64,000 nt of DNA, taken from assembly GCA_964016885.1 (NCBI GenBank), contig OZ024741.1:311240001-311304000 (forward strand), in the 5' to 3' direction. Of the stretch, positions 12,933 through 23,999 are shown one piece after another. Positions within the stretch are counted from its first letter, which is position 1. Each line of letters starts with the position of its first letter. The position numbers and the translations under genes were made by a program. This stretch comes from Eledone cirrhosa (lineage: Eukaryota). The notes under the pieces were generated by a model. The model saw nothing but the letters and a program-made list of their open reading frames with translations. It had not been told where the DNA came from and made no database searches.

Positions 12933-13199
12933 ATATCCAGTGCTTTTATCGAGAATGACACAGCTAGAGACTTATAGAATACTTAGCTGTGTACAGGAAC
13001 TGGTTTGAAAGAGCGGTTGCCGGTCCGGCAGAAATTAGAAATTGGAATAAATGCTCTGAAATAGCGATATATATGTGAATATAGACATAGAATATTCGAA
13101 AATATTCTGTATGTTTATAATAAACATTTTGAAGACCTAATCGCTATAGAATAGAATACGTCACATATTACAATTAGATTCTCGATAAAAGCAAGGGAA

Positions 13200-13242
13200 G
13201 TAATCTACGCGTTTCATTCTTATTAGAAATCTTCAGGACTAC
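13200..13242 (-). ncRNA. Minimal type I hammerhead ribozyme (family B)
   Basis: Identical to the 12890-12932 copy. Confidence 0.88.
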
Positions 13243-13505
13243 ATATCCAGTGCTTTTATCGAGAATGACACAGCTAGAGACTTATAGAATACTTAGCTGT
13301 GTACAGGAACTGGTTTGAAAGAGCGGTTGCCGGTCCGGCAGAAATTAGAAATTGGAATAAATGCTCTGAAATAGCGATATATATGTGAATATAGACATAG
13401 AATATTCGAAAATATTCTGTATGTTTATAACAAACCAGTTCCTGTACACAGCTAAGTATTCTATAAGTCTCTAGCTGTGTCATTCTCGATAAAAGCACTG
13501 GATAT

Positions 13506-13548
13506 GTAGTCCTGAAGATTTCTAATAAGAATGAAACGCGTAGATTAC
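13506..13548 (+). ncRNA. Minimal type I hammerhead ribozyme (family B); predicted cut after GUA at 13542
   Basis: Stem I gtagtc/gattac, CTGAAGA, stem II ttct/agaa, GAAA, palindromic ACGCGT stem III. Confidence 0.88.
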
Positions 13549-13815
13549 TTCCCTTGCTTTTATCGAGAATCTAATTGTAATGCGTGACGTATTCTATTCT
13601 ATAGCGATTAGGTCTTCAAAATGTTTATTATAAACATACAGAATATTTTCGAATATTCTATGTCTATATTCACATATATATCGCTATTTCAGAGCATTTA
13701 TTCCAATTTCTAATTTCTGCCGGACCGGCAACCGCTCTTTCAAACCAGTTCCTGTACACAGCTAAGTATTCTATAAGTCTCTAGCTGTGTCATTCTCGAT
13801 AAAAGCACTGGATAT

Positions 13816-13858
13816 GTAGTCCTGAAGATTTCTAATAAGAATGAAACGCGTAGATTAC
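13816..13858 (+). ncRNA. Minimal type I hammerhead ribozyme (family B)
   Basis: Identical to 13506-13548, 310 bp downstream. Confidence 0.88.
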
Positions 13859-13980
13859 TTCCCTTGCTTTTATCGAGAATCTAATTGTAATACGTGACGT
13901 ATTCTATTCTATAGCGATTAGGTCTTCAAAATGTTTATTATAAACATACAGAATATTTTCGAATATTCTATGTCTATATT

Positions 13981-14028
<48 letters not shown>

Positions 14029-14269
14029 TCCCGGTTTCAATCGAAGGTAACCAGTGTAAGTATGGAACAAATGACAATGTAGGGTGTAAATATCACGTTT
14101 AATATAGACATGCTTTCTACAGTATTAGAACTATTTCATTCAAAAGTAATCACCAGGAAAGCCGTTTCCTGGTGATTTCTTTGGATGAAATAATTCTAGT
14201 CCTGTAGCAGCGATTTCTATATTAAACATCACATTTACACACACAGACACACGCACGCAAACATATATA

Positions 14270-14313
<44 letters not shown>

Positions 14314-14469
14314 GCAGAGTAATTCGTGGTAGCATGGATGGTCAGTAGGAATGTGTCTGTAAGCAGTGGGGGGTATTTTAGCATGTCAAAAGATGTTTTT
14401 CAGCTTTTGTCTTATACGGAGAAGTGTGTGTGTGTGTGTGTATAAGTCTCTTTGTATATTAATGTACGC

Positions 14470-14501
<32 letters not shown>

Positions 14502-14698
14502 GTGTGTGTGTGTGTGTGTTAGAATGTGTGTGTGTGTGTGTGTGGGTGGACCAGTATTTTCCCCCTGGTAAAATGGTGTACATTATTCGATTTTTTCAGT
14601 AAAATCGGTTCTCTTAATAGAACATCAAAAATCTTAACAATAAAAGGTGTGAAATGATATTCACTATATATACATATATAGATACACATATATTCACT

Positions 14699-14731
<33 letters not shown>

Positions 14732-14931
14732 CACATATATTTGTTTGTGTTGCACCATAGAGCATGTGTGTTTACGTATGTCATTGTGTTTATATGTGGG
14801 TAGAGATGTGTGCTGATGTAGATATGTATGTTGACGTGTGTATGTTGTGGGTTCGTCTTAGGGAGAAGTGTTTAGACGGGGTCCGTATTTGTTAATGAAG
14901 TAAGATTCCTTGCTGATGCGCTGGGTGTGGG

Positions 14932-15514
14932 TGAATAAATTTTGATTTTTTCTTATCGGTAATGTTGTTAAACCATCTTATTGCTTCATGAGTGTTACCC
15001 CAAAGTTTAATCTCTACTTTAACCTTAACTTGGGGGATAATTCTGTCTAGTATATATTTGCTAATTTTACCTATATCAGATTTAGAGGGGCATATAAGTC
15101 TAATATTAGGGTTAGTATCGAAGTTTACCTTGTGGTCCTTCAGGTTGAAGGATGGTATAGCTGGTATTAAGGGTTGCGTTCTATCGTCAATACAAAGTTT
15201 TTTAACAATATCACATGCCGATTTGTTGATGTTTTTAAGTGTGGCTTCATTAGTTTTCCTGTATTTTTTATGCAATTCCTTACGGATGAAGTTGTTGTAA
15301 GTGTCCACATCCATGGTATATACGTTTGATGTTTTGTCTGCTCTAACAATAACTCCATTGGCGTTTTTTAGATTATTGAGCAGTGCCGTGATGTCATTCT
15401 GTAGTTTATTGTTCTTACGTTTTGTAAATTTGATCTCCATGATCATATCCATTAGGTCTTGTTCAAATGCATCCAGAAGTGGGTTTGAGGGTGGGTTCTT
15501 GTAAGATTTAAATC
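14932..15514 (-). mobile_element. Inverted copy of the 5' part of the adjacent Naiad-type element
   Basis: 14932-15432 is the reverse complement of 15515-16015 with one substitution seen; 15433-15514 adds upstream FGFKSYKNPPSNPLLDAFEQDL. Confidence 0.93.
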
Positions 15515-18310
15515 CAAATTTACAAAACGTAAGAACAATAAACTACAGAATGACATCACGGCACTGCTCAATAATCTAAAAAACGCCAATGGAGTTATTG
15601 TTAGAGCAGACAAAACATCAAACGTATATACCATGGATGTGGACACTTACAACAACTTCATCCGTAAGGAATTGCATAAAAAATACAGGAAAACTAATGA
15701 AGCCACACTTAAAAACATCAACAAATCGGCATGTGATATTGTTAAAAAACTTTGTATTGACGATAGAACGCAACCCTTAACACCAGCTATACCATCCTTC
15801 AACCTGAAGGACCACAAGGTAAACTTCGATACTAACCCTAATATTAGACTTATATGCCCCTCTAAATCTGATATAGGTAAAATTAGCAAATATATACTAG
15901 ACAGAATTATCCCCCAAGTTAAGGTTAAAGTAGAGATTAAACTTTGGGGTAACACTCATGAAGCAATAAGATGGTTTAACAACATTACCGATAAGAAAAA
16001 ATCAAAATTTATTCAGTTCGATATTGATGAATATTATTCCTCAATTTCACCTGATACTCTACATGAAGCTCTTTTGTTCGCTAAGGATAATTCCGACCTT
16101 ACGGATGCTGAAATTAAAATTATTATGGAAGCGAGAAAAACTATAGTTAAATTCGATGATAGCTACTGGGTTCGCAAAGATAGACCTTCTAATTTTGATA
16201 TCACTATGGGTTCTAATGATTCGGCGGAAGTAACAGATCTTGTGGGAATTTATATCACCCACAGATTACAAGGAAAATTCAAGGATCTCCACGGTGGAAT
16301 TTACCGTGACGATGCGCTCCTATTAGTTAAGAATATGAATAACCAGAATTTAGAAAGGATGCGTAAAAATATCAGAAAACTTTTTAAAGAACTAGGATTA
16401 AATATTACATTTGAATATAACCTCAAAGAGGTCAATTTCCTTGATGTTACTTTCAATCTCTATACAGATACGATTAAACCGTTCCATAAACTAAATGAGA
16501 ACCTTAAATATGTAAATACGAGTTCTAACCATCCACTCTCTATAATTAAATCCATCCCTAGAAATGTTTCTCTTAGAATCTCCCGCCTATCGTCCAACCA
16601 ACAAACCTTCAAAGAACATGCCGAGTATTATGATGATGCACTTAGGAAAGCCGGTCACCTAGATAATATAGAGTATATAGTCAATGATCACCAAAACACC
16701 CAAAATAAATCACATAGGAGTAGAAATAGCACAAAATCACCACCATACATACACTACCGCAATAGACACAATAATAGTCGCACACCACCAAACAGAAGGC
16801 GATGTAAGGAGTATATCTGGTACAACCCGGTCTATAACAAATCTATTAAAACCAATCTACCCTCAAAATTCTTTCGATTAGTTAGAAAACACTTTCCAAC
16901 ATCACATAAATATAATAAAATCTTAAACCCTAACACCATCCGACTTTCATATTCAACCGCCCCTAATATTGAACAACATATAAAAATGCTTAACGCAAAA
17001 CGGTTGTATAAACGCCTTCCAACACATAACAATACACGTAAAACATTAGCTATAACATCACAAAACAACAAACAACATCCTGTCCTACATAAGCAACCTC
17101 ATCAACCCATCCATGGCAATACAACAACGCAAAATTGTAATTGCAACTGTGTCCAACCAGGAATGTGTCCGTTGAACAATCAGTGTCTTGAACGCAACAT
17201 CGTATACAAATGTACTATCGAATCGGATAGACAGAAGTGGTACTATGTGGGATCTACAGCCACCTCCTTTAAATCACGCCTTTATAGACATCGTTATTCG
17301 ATAAAACATGAAAACCAGCGTTATGTAACAACACTCGCAGACAAGGCTTGGCAGCTGCGTGAAATTAACCAACAATTTCACCTAAAATGGGATATAATAG
17401 CAGCTGCCCCCCCATATTCCAATGGACAGGAATTTTGTAGATTATGTAATGTAGAATTATTTTGTATTATGAAATCCAAAAACATTTTATTAAATAACAG
17501 AATAGAGCGATCGTTATACTGTAACCATCGCTTAAAATCTACATTTTCATATTATAAATACTACCAGGATTGAACGCCTGTCTCTATCCCCGTTTGATTG
17601 TCAAAATAGATATGAACATTCTTTATTAGTCTTAATTCTATCAACTCTTCTATTATTTACCTTTTAATACAAACTGCTATAGATAAAATGAGATTTCTGA
17701 TTTTTTGATTCAATTCCCTAGTGCAAATACCAGCTGACTACTAGCATTGATATTATTTAGTAGCAATCGAAATCTCCCCCTTCCCCAATTGACACTTTAT
17801 GATAAATACTACTGCACCAGATGACCAGCCCTGTCCACTGTCCAGTTGGTCAAGTAGAGATTAAAATCGGCACTCCCAAAATTCTTATTTAGATTTACTC
17901 ATGGTATTCTCATTAAAAACCCATTATATACTTGTTTAGCAGTAAATTATTTTACCATCTGTCATATTCTATCCCCTCTGTTCCTTCCTCTTTTACTAAT
18001 ATAAATACTTCAATTTTTCTGATTTTATCCAGTTTATCCAAAATCTCTGAAGAAGTGACAACTGATTATACATTTGCTATCGAATACTTGCTAACATTAT
18101 ATGATTACGCAAGCAGCGATACATAGGTATTCGGTCTGTTACAGAAACATATGTCAATACCTAATAAATTCCTTTTTTAACAAAAGCACTTTCATTTTAT
18201 ATTCATCCTTTCTACATTTCTCCGGAATATAATTTATACTCGTTGAGCAAACCTGCACGTACGCTGTTCATCTCTAACGTAACGATATATTATCACTACA
18301 TTATTGATAA
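15515..18310 (+). mobile_element. Young 5'-truncated Penelope-like element (Naiad-type)
   Basis: Intact RT + GIY-YIG ORF, AT-rich 3' UTR with HHR-like core (18047-18155), ends at a TA tract. Confidence 0.92.
15633..17573 (+). CDS. Penelope-like reverse transcriptase / GIY-YIG endonuclease polyprotein (frame open from ~15516)
   Basis: 646 aa with no stops: FIQFDIDEYY, MGSNDSAEV, GIYRDDA, FLDVTFNL, CNCVQPGMCPLNNQC, NIVY..YYVGST, CRLC, CNH. Confidence 0.93.
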   Translation: MDVDTYNNFIRKELHKKYRKTNEATLKNINKSACDIVKKLCIDDRTQPLTPAIPSFNLKDHKVNFDTNPNIRLICPSKSDIGKISKYILDRIIPQVKVKVEIKLWGNTHEAIRWFNNITDKKKSKFIQFDIDEYYSSISPDTLHEALLFAKDNSDLTDAEIKIIMEARKTIVKFDDSYWVRKDRPSNFDITMGSNDSAEVTDLVGIYITHRLQGKFKDLHGGIYRDDALLLVKNMNNQNLERMRKNIRKLFKELGLNITFEYNLKEVNFLDVTFNLYTDTIKPFHKLNENLKYVNTSSNHPLSIIKSIPRNVSLRISRLSSNQQTFKEHAEYYDDALRKAGHLDNIEYIVNDHQNTQNKSHRSRNSTKSPPYIHYRNRHNNSRTPPNRRRCKEYIWYNPVYNKSIKTNLPSKFFRLVRKHFPTSHKYNKILNPNTIRLSYSTAPNIEQHIKMLNAKRLYKRLPTHNNTRKTLAITSQNNKQHPVLHKQPHQPIHGNTTTQNCNCNCVQPGMCPLNNQCLERNIVYKCTIESDRQKWYYVGSTATSFKSRLYRHRYSIKHENQRYVTTLADKAWQLREINQQFHLKWDIIAAAPPYSNGQEFCRLCNVELFCIMKSKNILLNNRIERSLYCNHRLKSTFSYYKYYQD

Positions 18311-18315
18311 CCTGA

Positions 18316-18350
<35 letters not shown>

Positions 18351-18352
<2 letters not shown>

Positions 18353-19227
18353 AGGTGTGACAGAAAAGTTCCAGGACTGATGTCACAAAAGATTTATTTC
18401 AAACCCAAACTTCACACTTAGAGGTTTCTCCTTCAAGGTAAACCCCTGGAGTATGTAACTGTAACCTTAGCTCTCTGCAGCGATCAAACGTTTTTCTTCA
18501 TAATTTTATATACATGTCCTCTGTCTCAGGTCGTCAAGCAATGAGCACAGAGTAACGAACAGACTTGAAGTTTCTGGTACGGTTGGGGAAAACTCCGCTG
18601 CAGCAAGTGTATGGAGATGAGACGATGTCACACTCACGTGTTTTTGAGTGATGAAAGAGGTTTAAAGAACGACGCGAGGACGTGGAATATGACCCCATAG
18701 CGGAAGGCCCTCAACAACCAGGACTGAGGTCAACGTCAAGCACGTCAGGCAGATGGTGCGTAGCGATCGTCGGCTGACTGTTCGACTGATGGAAAATGAG
18801 CTGGGCATGGATCGGGACAGCGTCTGGAAGATTCTCACTGAAGATTTGGACATGCGGAAAGTCTGCACGTAGATGGTGCCAGAAGGGTCGACGCATGCAA
18901 GTGTGCCAGGACATCCTTGAGCATCTTGAAATCGAACCAGACTTTCTAGGGACAGTCATCACTGGTGATGAGTCATGTATCTTCGAGTACGACCCGGAGC
19001 GTACCCGTTCTGAAGACGTGGACGACTTCTAAAAGGCCGTGAGGACGGAACTGCGGTGGATCCCGGAAGAATCCTTCAAGGAGTGCATGCAAGCGTTGCA
19101 GAAAAGGATGGAAATGTGCATTAGACTCCAGGGGGATTACCTTGAAGGAGAAAACTCTTAGTGTGAAGTTTGAGTTTGAAATAAATCTTTTGTAACATCA
19201 ATCCTGCAACTTTTCTGACACACCTCG
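18351..19227 (+). mobile_element. Internally deleted mariner DNA transposon
   Basis: ~65-bp TIRs (gaggtgtgacagaaaagt.../...acttttctgacacacctcg) flanked by TA; relics SGRPST, LDMRKV, ITGDES..EYDPE, GDYLEG; most of the DDD core is missing. Confidence 0.93.
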
Positions 19228-19249
19228 TATATATATATATATAAATAAA

Positions 19250-19635
19250 TATACACGGGTGTGTATGATTGTGTATTGAATTTTATATTAATAAAAGGAA
19301 TTCCAACTTTGTCTGATTTACTCGTTTTATTTACAATCCTTTAAAATTATAATGATATTATAATGAAATAGTATGGTGGAATATTATATGTTAAGTGTTA
19401 ATTGAACAAGTACTTTCCTGCTTTCGCAATCTTCAGGTTCATAATCATTGGTGACAATCAAGTTTGCAATTTTTAACTGTGAAAAACAGTTGAAAATTGC
19501 AAACTTGCCTGTCACCAGTGAAATTAACACTTAACATTTAATATTCCACCATACTATTTCATTATAATATCATTATAATTTTAATGGATTGTAAATAAAA
19601 CGAGTAAATCAGACAAAATTGGAATTCCTTTTATT
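19250..19635. mobile_element. Second copy of palindromic HHR element (family A); right-arm HHR deleted
   Basis: Homologous to 1399-1735 and 1126-1322; centre at ~19483. Confidence 0.8.
19403..19441 (-). ncRNA. Minimal type I hammerhead ribozyme (family A), intact core
   Basis: Minus strand: tgaac CTGAAGA ttgcgaaagcag GAAA gtac TT gttca. Confidence 0.85.
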
Positions 19636-20062
19636 TATATATATATATATATATCAAAGTTAATGTTGTTGATACAATGACATGTCTCTTTACAATCTGA
19701 CCAAATTTTCCTGCTCGACATTCTTAAATTATCAGTAGAGGTAATAATGTTGCAGATATCCATATTTACATACATGCATAAATGAGATAACAATTATACA
19801 ATTTTATACCATATCAATATTTTTGAGATTATGACAAACGAATGAAACTGAATACGACTATTGAATAATATATCGATATACTACATGAAACAGGGAGATT
19901 ATATTTGAATATAATGTTCCGAAAACATATGGAAGTAACAATCAATATAAGTAACAAAATTACATTCACAAATATTAAAACTTTTACACTACTTATCAGT
20001 TTCTGCGTTATTTATCACTGATATTCTTACATTTAACGACAATAAATAAATTTATATATATT

Positions 20063-20590
20063 AGAATTGGCGCTCTGAAATAGCGATATATAAATGAATG
20101 TATATATAGTGTATTTTGCAATACACTGCATGCTTAATTAAAAGCATTTCGAAGACCTTATGCTTTTGTATAGAGTAGTGACAGTCTCACTTACTTTAAA
20201 TTTTCAGCAAACAGGGGGAGATAAAGCTGACAGAGCTATGTTTCGTACTGATTGGTACTTATCAAAGCCAAGTACTCCACCTGTTTGCTGAAAATCATGA
20301 ATGTTTGATTCTTATAGAATTTCTAGTAATAATCAGGAACTGATTATACAGAGCGGTTGCCGGTCAAGCAGAAATTGAAAATTAGAATTGGGGCTCTGAA
20401 AGAGCGATATATATATATGAATGTATAAGTACCAATCAGTACGAAACATAGCTCTGTCAGCTTTATCTCCCCCTGTTTGCTGAAAATTTAAAGTAAGTGA
20501 GACTGTCACTATTCTAAAACAATAGCATAAGGTCTTCGAAATGCTTTTAATTAAGCATACAGTGTATTGCAAAATAGACTATATGTACAT
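20063..20590. repeat. Diverged sister of family B: ~320-bp unit, start of a second unit, then a fold-back
   Basis: Shares gagcggttgccggtc, ctctgaaatagcgatata, cttatagaat and caggaactg with 12760-13430; 20424-20590 is an inverted copy. Confidence 0.82.
20225..20269 (-). ncRNA. Type I hammerhead ribozyme with U3-A8 core (family B2)
   Basis: Minus strand: ggct TTGATAA gtac caatca gtac GAAA ca tagctc tg TC agct. Confidence 0.82.
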
Positions 20591-20623
20591 TTATATATAT
20601 ATATATATATGTATATATATCTA

Positions 20624-20761
<138 letters not shown>

Positions 20762-20841
20762 TGTTCGTGTTTGTGTGTGTTAGTGTGTTTGTTTGCACAT
20801 CTCAGAGGGGTTCGGCTGACGGCACTTTCTGATATGTAAAG

Positions 20842-23285
20842 CAACGTTTCCTAACGGTGGGCGATTCTAACTGTTGTAACCGAAAAGAAAATGGTAGTTA
20901 ATTGGAAAGTTATGTGGACGATATGGGATTTTGAGTATGATGGTGTTATAACATATCTTACCCGAAAAAGATATTCAAAGGCGATATGCAAAGAATCCGA
21001 TTAACAAAACTGGATGCAATGTGAGGAACAAATTACTAGATCAGATGTGAACAATCTCGGAAACAAGGGACATTTTGGTATTTTCTATAGTTTTAAGAAT
21101 GTTCAGTAACATTCAAATACTTCTTTGGATGACATATGTAACTTTTCTGATATAAATCAGGTAAGGGAAGACCAAGAATAACTTTTCCATTAAAATTATC
21201 AAATGACTTCAGAGAAAAATTGCCAACGCTAACACCGGTATCGCACATAAAATTGACACACGTGATGACCAGTAAGAACTATAACGACAGGCTGTAGACA
21301 AGGAAATGCAGACGACAATACCAGGCAAAATAAGAGAATCCCCAGATAGTAACTCAATCCGCATGATCATATAAACAGACAGCCATTTGATGTTGTTGGA
21401 TTGTATTGATCGGCAAATGATTGAAACTCTCTTGTCTTCTTGTATTTGTGGATTACTGACAATGGTCTTCCAGTAACAATATAACATATTGAACGAACAT
21501 TCCCTTATCTATTATTTCTCCAATTGTTTCAGTGTATTGTACTTTTTTAAACAACTCGATGTCGCCATTTAACAACATTTGTCGCCAATACAACATTATT
21601 ATTTTATGGGGTTATGACTTCACCACAGAGCATTCAACCAAACTTTAAGCAATGAAACGACCTTTGTCATCTTTCTGCTAACTTAAGGCCTCATTCGAAA
21701 AGCGTAAAATGTCGGAATTTCAGAAAGTAACTACGCTGCAAATAAGGTGACGATTGCGTCGTACCACACAACTTTACTGGCCGCAAAGGTCGGTACGTCC
21801 CACACTTTATGCAAAACATTATTTCCACTTTGCCTTTCATCCTTACGGGGTCGATAAAATAAAGTACCAGTAATAAACTGGTATAATTGCTGGCCTTGTG
21901 CCAAAAGTTGAAACAATTATTTCTACCTATTATTGAAGAAGTTCTCTCGACCTTAATGCATAAAAAATCACAGGCATAATTATTAAGATATTTCCATTTA
22001 GTGATAACAATTTCTCGTCGTACAGGTGAATAACTATCAATGTCCAAAATACTCTAATCCATTATCTCCCGAGTTCTGAATTGTTCATGCAATTTATCGA
22101 ACTAACAGTTGTAAGAAATAAATGCTTGATTATAATGTGTGTTGGTTTTTTTAAATGAACATATTAAAAAATTTGGATAGATGCTGTTTAGTGATCAATT
22201 GTTGATTGACCCAAAGGCACGTCTATTTTAGATTTATTAAAGCTATTTTGCAATGAGCATAATATTCACTGAACAATATTGCTGACTGTGCAATTGATAG
22301 AGGAGAGCGTATGTTTCATTAGGTAAATATAGAAGTTTCCCTTATCTCTTAAAACTACCTATATTATCTCATCCTGTTTCAATAGTCAATTCTGTCGTTC
22401 ACAGGCAGTAATTAGAGGCAAAAATAACGACGGTATGCTTTGATGATGTCCTGCAGTTAGTTGTTGAAACTGTGAACAAGCTAAAATCGAATTCTTTGTC
22501 TGAACAAAATTTCCGTCCACTCAGAATTGAGAATGGCGATGACTATGTGAGGCTTTTGTACCATACTGAAGTATGATGGTTGTCAAAAGTCAACTGTGTT
22601 GTCAATTTTGTCGATCTTTTTGCAAAAATATTTTTTAATAAACTCCACTATACAGTTCTCTGATTATTTCAAATTGTGATATTTTTTCCTAAGTGACTTA
22701 TTCGCAAAAGTAAATGGTCTCAAGATGTTATTGCATACAAAGTAAAATATGCTTTTCAACTGTAAATCGCCTCAATGCTTTCATTTCTAAAATAACACTA
22801 TATAAGATAAATGTTTCGGGGGAGGGGGGGGGGGATCATGTCCATCAATTTCAACGATTGAACAGATTGGAGGATGAATTAGTTTATGAGGATGTCATTA
22901 CATATCACAATTATTTGCTACCATTGCATGATGACATGGTACACCGATTTCAAGATATTATCGCATTGTCAATTCCAGTCTTGGATAACAACCCGTTTGA
23001 AGTTAGAGTAATCGATTGCAAAGTCTATGTGCATGACGAATTGATTTACAAAATGACAATGATGCCACAATGCGGTATCGGTTTTAAAGTAACCACGTCT
23101 TGTGGTATTATCAAAATATAGTGACATATTTTCAAAAGCTAATAAAAGTTGATAAAATATTGTTTTAAATGTTCAAGTTTGCTTTCATTTGCTGTTGCTG
23201 AGACTAAGTAAGTGACATAGCCACTACTTTAAAACTCATAGCGAATGGCCTTCAAAATGTTTTTAATTAAAGTTTCAGAGCACTG
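20842..23285 (+). mobile_element. Highly decayed hAT (Buster/Charlie-like) transposon
   Basis: Relics VVHRQ*LEAK and LLYHTEV*WLSK (~22390-22590); possible terminal repeat aaagtttcagagcactg. Left end uncertain. Confidence 0.7.
21740..21915 (+). mobile_element. SINE (tRNA-derived family; body with Nin-like domain)
   Basis: ctttgcctttcatccttacggggtcgataaaataaagtaccag...gctggccttgtgccaaaag, shared with 54870-55220. Confidence 0.78.
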
Positions 23286-23315
23286 ATACTAATTCACAAC
23301 ATATATACACATACA

Positions 23316-23419
<104 letters not shown>

Positions 23420-23999
23420 ATACTTCTGCCAAAGAAATGGAGAAATTATCCAAATAAACTGAATGTGGATGACGTAAGTAGAAAGAATCCCTTCAATAAA
23501 TAATCTGGGAATAAAATACTCATAGACCGAAACAGCCAAAACCTTTATGGTTTAAAATCAGATGCAGCCTTCAAGAAGTTGCACAGCAAGGAAATGTTCG
23601 TGCCGAAGGTGCACATAATAGTGCTCGGCAATGCTGTGACGACAATCAACAAAAATAAAACTAATATGTGTGTCTATTTTGGCACAAAGCCAGAAATGTG
23701 GAATGTGAAAGGGGAATGTGAAAGTGAATTAATTCGGCACCAGTGCGTTACCAGTGATTTATGCTATTGACCTTGTAAAGATGAAAGTTAAAGCTAGCAT
23801 CACCTCTCTCTACAGCATCATCCCTCACGTTGAAGACCAACGCGTCCACCCACACCTTCTTGTTTACGTTATGCCACCTCTTCTACGGCGCCCCTTCTTT
23901 CTCCCATGAACAGCTTGACTCATCTCTTTCTTTTGTCCAGTCTTTCCAACCCACCCTTACCTCCATTATCTTCTTAAATAAGTTTAACTAGGTATACCT

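Larger units (their letters stand above)
12760..13985. repeat. Tandem 310-bp HHR-bearing units (family B, retrozyme-like): just over two units on minus, nearly two on plus
   Basis: Exact 310-bp period (12890/13200; 13506/13816); one HHR per unit; no ORF. Confidence 0.9.
11809..14933. repeat. Near-perfect ~1.5-kb-arm inverted repeat (fold-back), centre ~13318-13430
   Basis: 13431-14933 is the reverse complement of 11809-13317 apart from microsatellite lengths and a couple of substitutions. Confidence 0.95.

Noticed and set aside
13560-13645. Possible second hammerhead within the 310-bp unit (and at 20480-20565)
   Set aside because: Core is TCGAGAA/AAAA or CTGAAAA with poor stem I, and those bases are better explained as the closing stem of the real HHR.
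12760-13985. CRISPR-like or plain satellite interpretation of the tandem units
   Set aside because: No short repeat / unique spacer structure; eukaryotic context; units are 310-bp structured repeats with HHRs.
14028-14065. Strong GTAAGT donor after a short possible exon
   Set aside because: No acceptor, no recognisable peptide, and opposite orientation to the EGF gene.
14892-15452. 186-aa minus-strand ORF as a separate gene
   Set aside because: It is the inverted Naiad 5' fragment running out of frame into the Neptune 3' end.
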